64,000 nucleotides of DNA, taken from NCBI GenBank assembly GCA_964658305.1, contig OZ210885.1, positions 23,932,001-23,996,000 of the forward strand. The letters are read 5' to 3'. Position 1 is the stretch's first letter. The number at the start of each line of letters is the position of its first letter. The notes beneath the pieces are model-generated. The model saw only the letters and a list, made by a program, of their open reading frames with translations, did not search any database and was not told the DNA's origin. The translations under genes were made by a program, and so were the position numbers. Positions 63,330 to 64,000 of the stretch are shown here, in pieces. This DNA is from Leptogorgia sarmentosa. Taxonomy: Eukaryota.

Positions 63330-64000
63330 ACTAGAATTGGTCTGCACCAGCTGCGAAACAAAACATTCAGCAGCAAGAACTTTCCCGTTACTTTCTTCCT
63401 CCAACTTCCAAAAATAAGCATTGGTAACCTAATGAGACAATTGTATGATAATGTTTAATCGGACTTTATGCAACAATGAACACAAAGTGAAATTTTAAAA
63501 TCTAGCTCACCATATCAGATAGCCAACCAGGCATGAAATCAGGAACAGCTTTTTTTAGCATCTCCGACTGGGATGTTGGAATTTCTCGAGGTGGGATAAT
63601 GGACCAAATATCTTTAGGGATTAGTTTGGTTGGGCCTAAGTCAAGGATTGGTTCACGCAATGACACATTTCTAGCATCCAATTTCTCCAATCGTTCTACT
63701 TTACCATCAAACATTCATGCAACTTTACTACTGTCAACATCATCACCACAGACATCCTTACCTTGACCACCAACAACTTCACCGTCATTACCAACACCTT
63801 GAGCCTCACCACCAACGCTTTCAGTCTCATCACCAACAACTTCACCATCAACACTTTTGGTTCCATAATCAACAACTTCACTGCGAACAGCCTCATTAAC
63901 AACTTCAATGCCAACAACCTCATCACCAACAACTCCATCACCAACAACCTCATCATCAACAACCTCATCACCAACAGCATCAACATCACCCATGATATCC
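63330..64000 (-). pseudogene. Acidic (GDEVV)n repeat region followed by a Ulp1-like protease N-terminal motif; runs off the window edge
   Basis: Roughly 15-bp repeats encode G/D/E/V-rich sequence. PGWLSDM|VTNAYFWKLEEE reads across a short predicted GT-AG intron (about 63430-63510). In-frame stop at 63715. Confidence 0.5.

Noticed and set aside
63696..63989. Met/Leu/Val-rich and His/Gln-rich ORFs
   Set aside because: They are alternative frames of the same low-complexity repeat.
1..64000. tRNA/rRNA genes and prokaryotic operons
   Set aside because: None recognised by eye; no covariance-model search could be run.

Overview
This is an AT-rich eukaryotic window with spliceosomal introns. Its transposon repertoire looks like a marine invertebrate, probably a cnidarian (inference only). 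I see no recognisable host gene: almost the whole window is a nest of transposons, many with boundaries readable from terminal repeats and target-site duplications (TSDs). The main signal is two unrelated IS3EU-type DNA transposons (10343-28532, TSD CAATAT; 48941-55013, TSD TTGGAG). Both have long TIRs with TAY...RTA ends and carry an integrase-like DDE transposase facing a convergent HECT E3 ubiquitin-ligase gene. Also present: a full-length PAT-like tyrosine-recombinase retroelement (32305-38945) with split direct repeats and an apparent intron in gag; an intact piggyBac (56252-58799); three hAT elements; a Bel/Pao LTR element; Kolobok, Sola3 and MULE remnants; two CR1/L2-type LINEs; several MITEs; and two Ulp1-like protease fragments. 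All family names come from motif recognition by eye, not from database searches.
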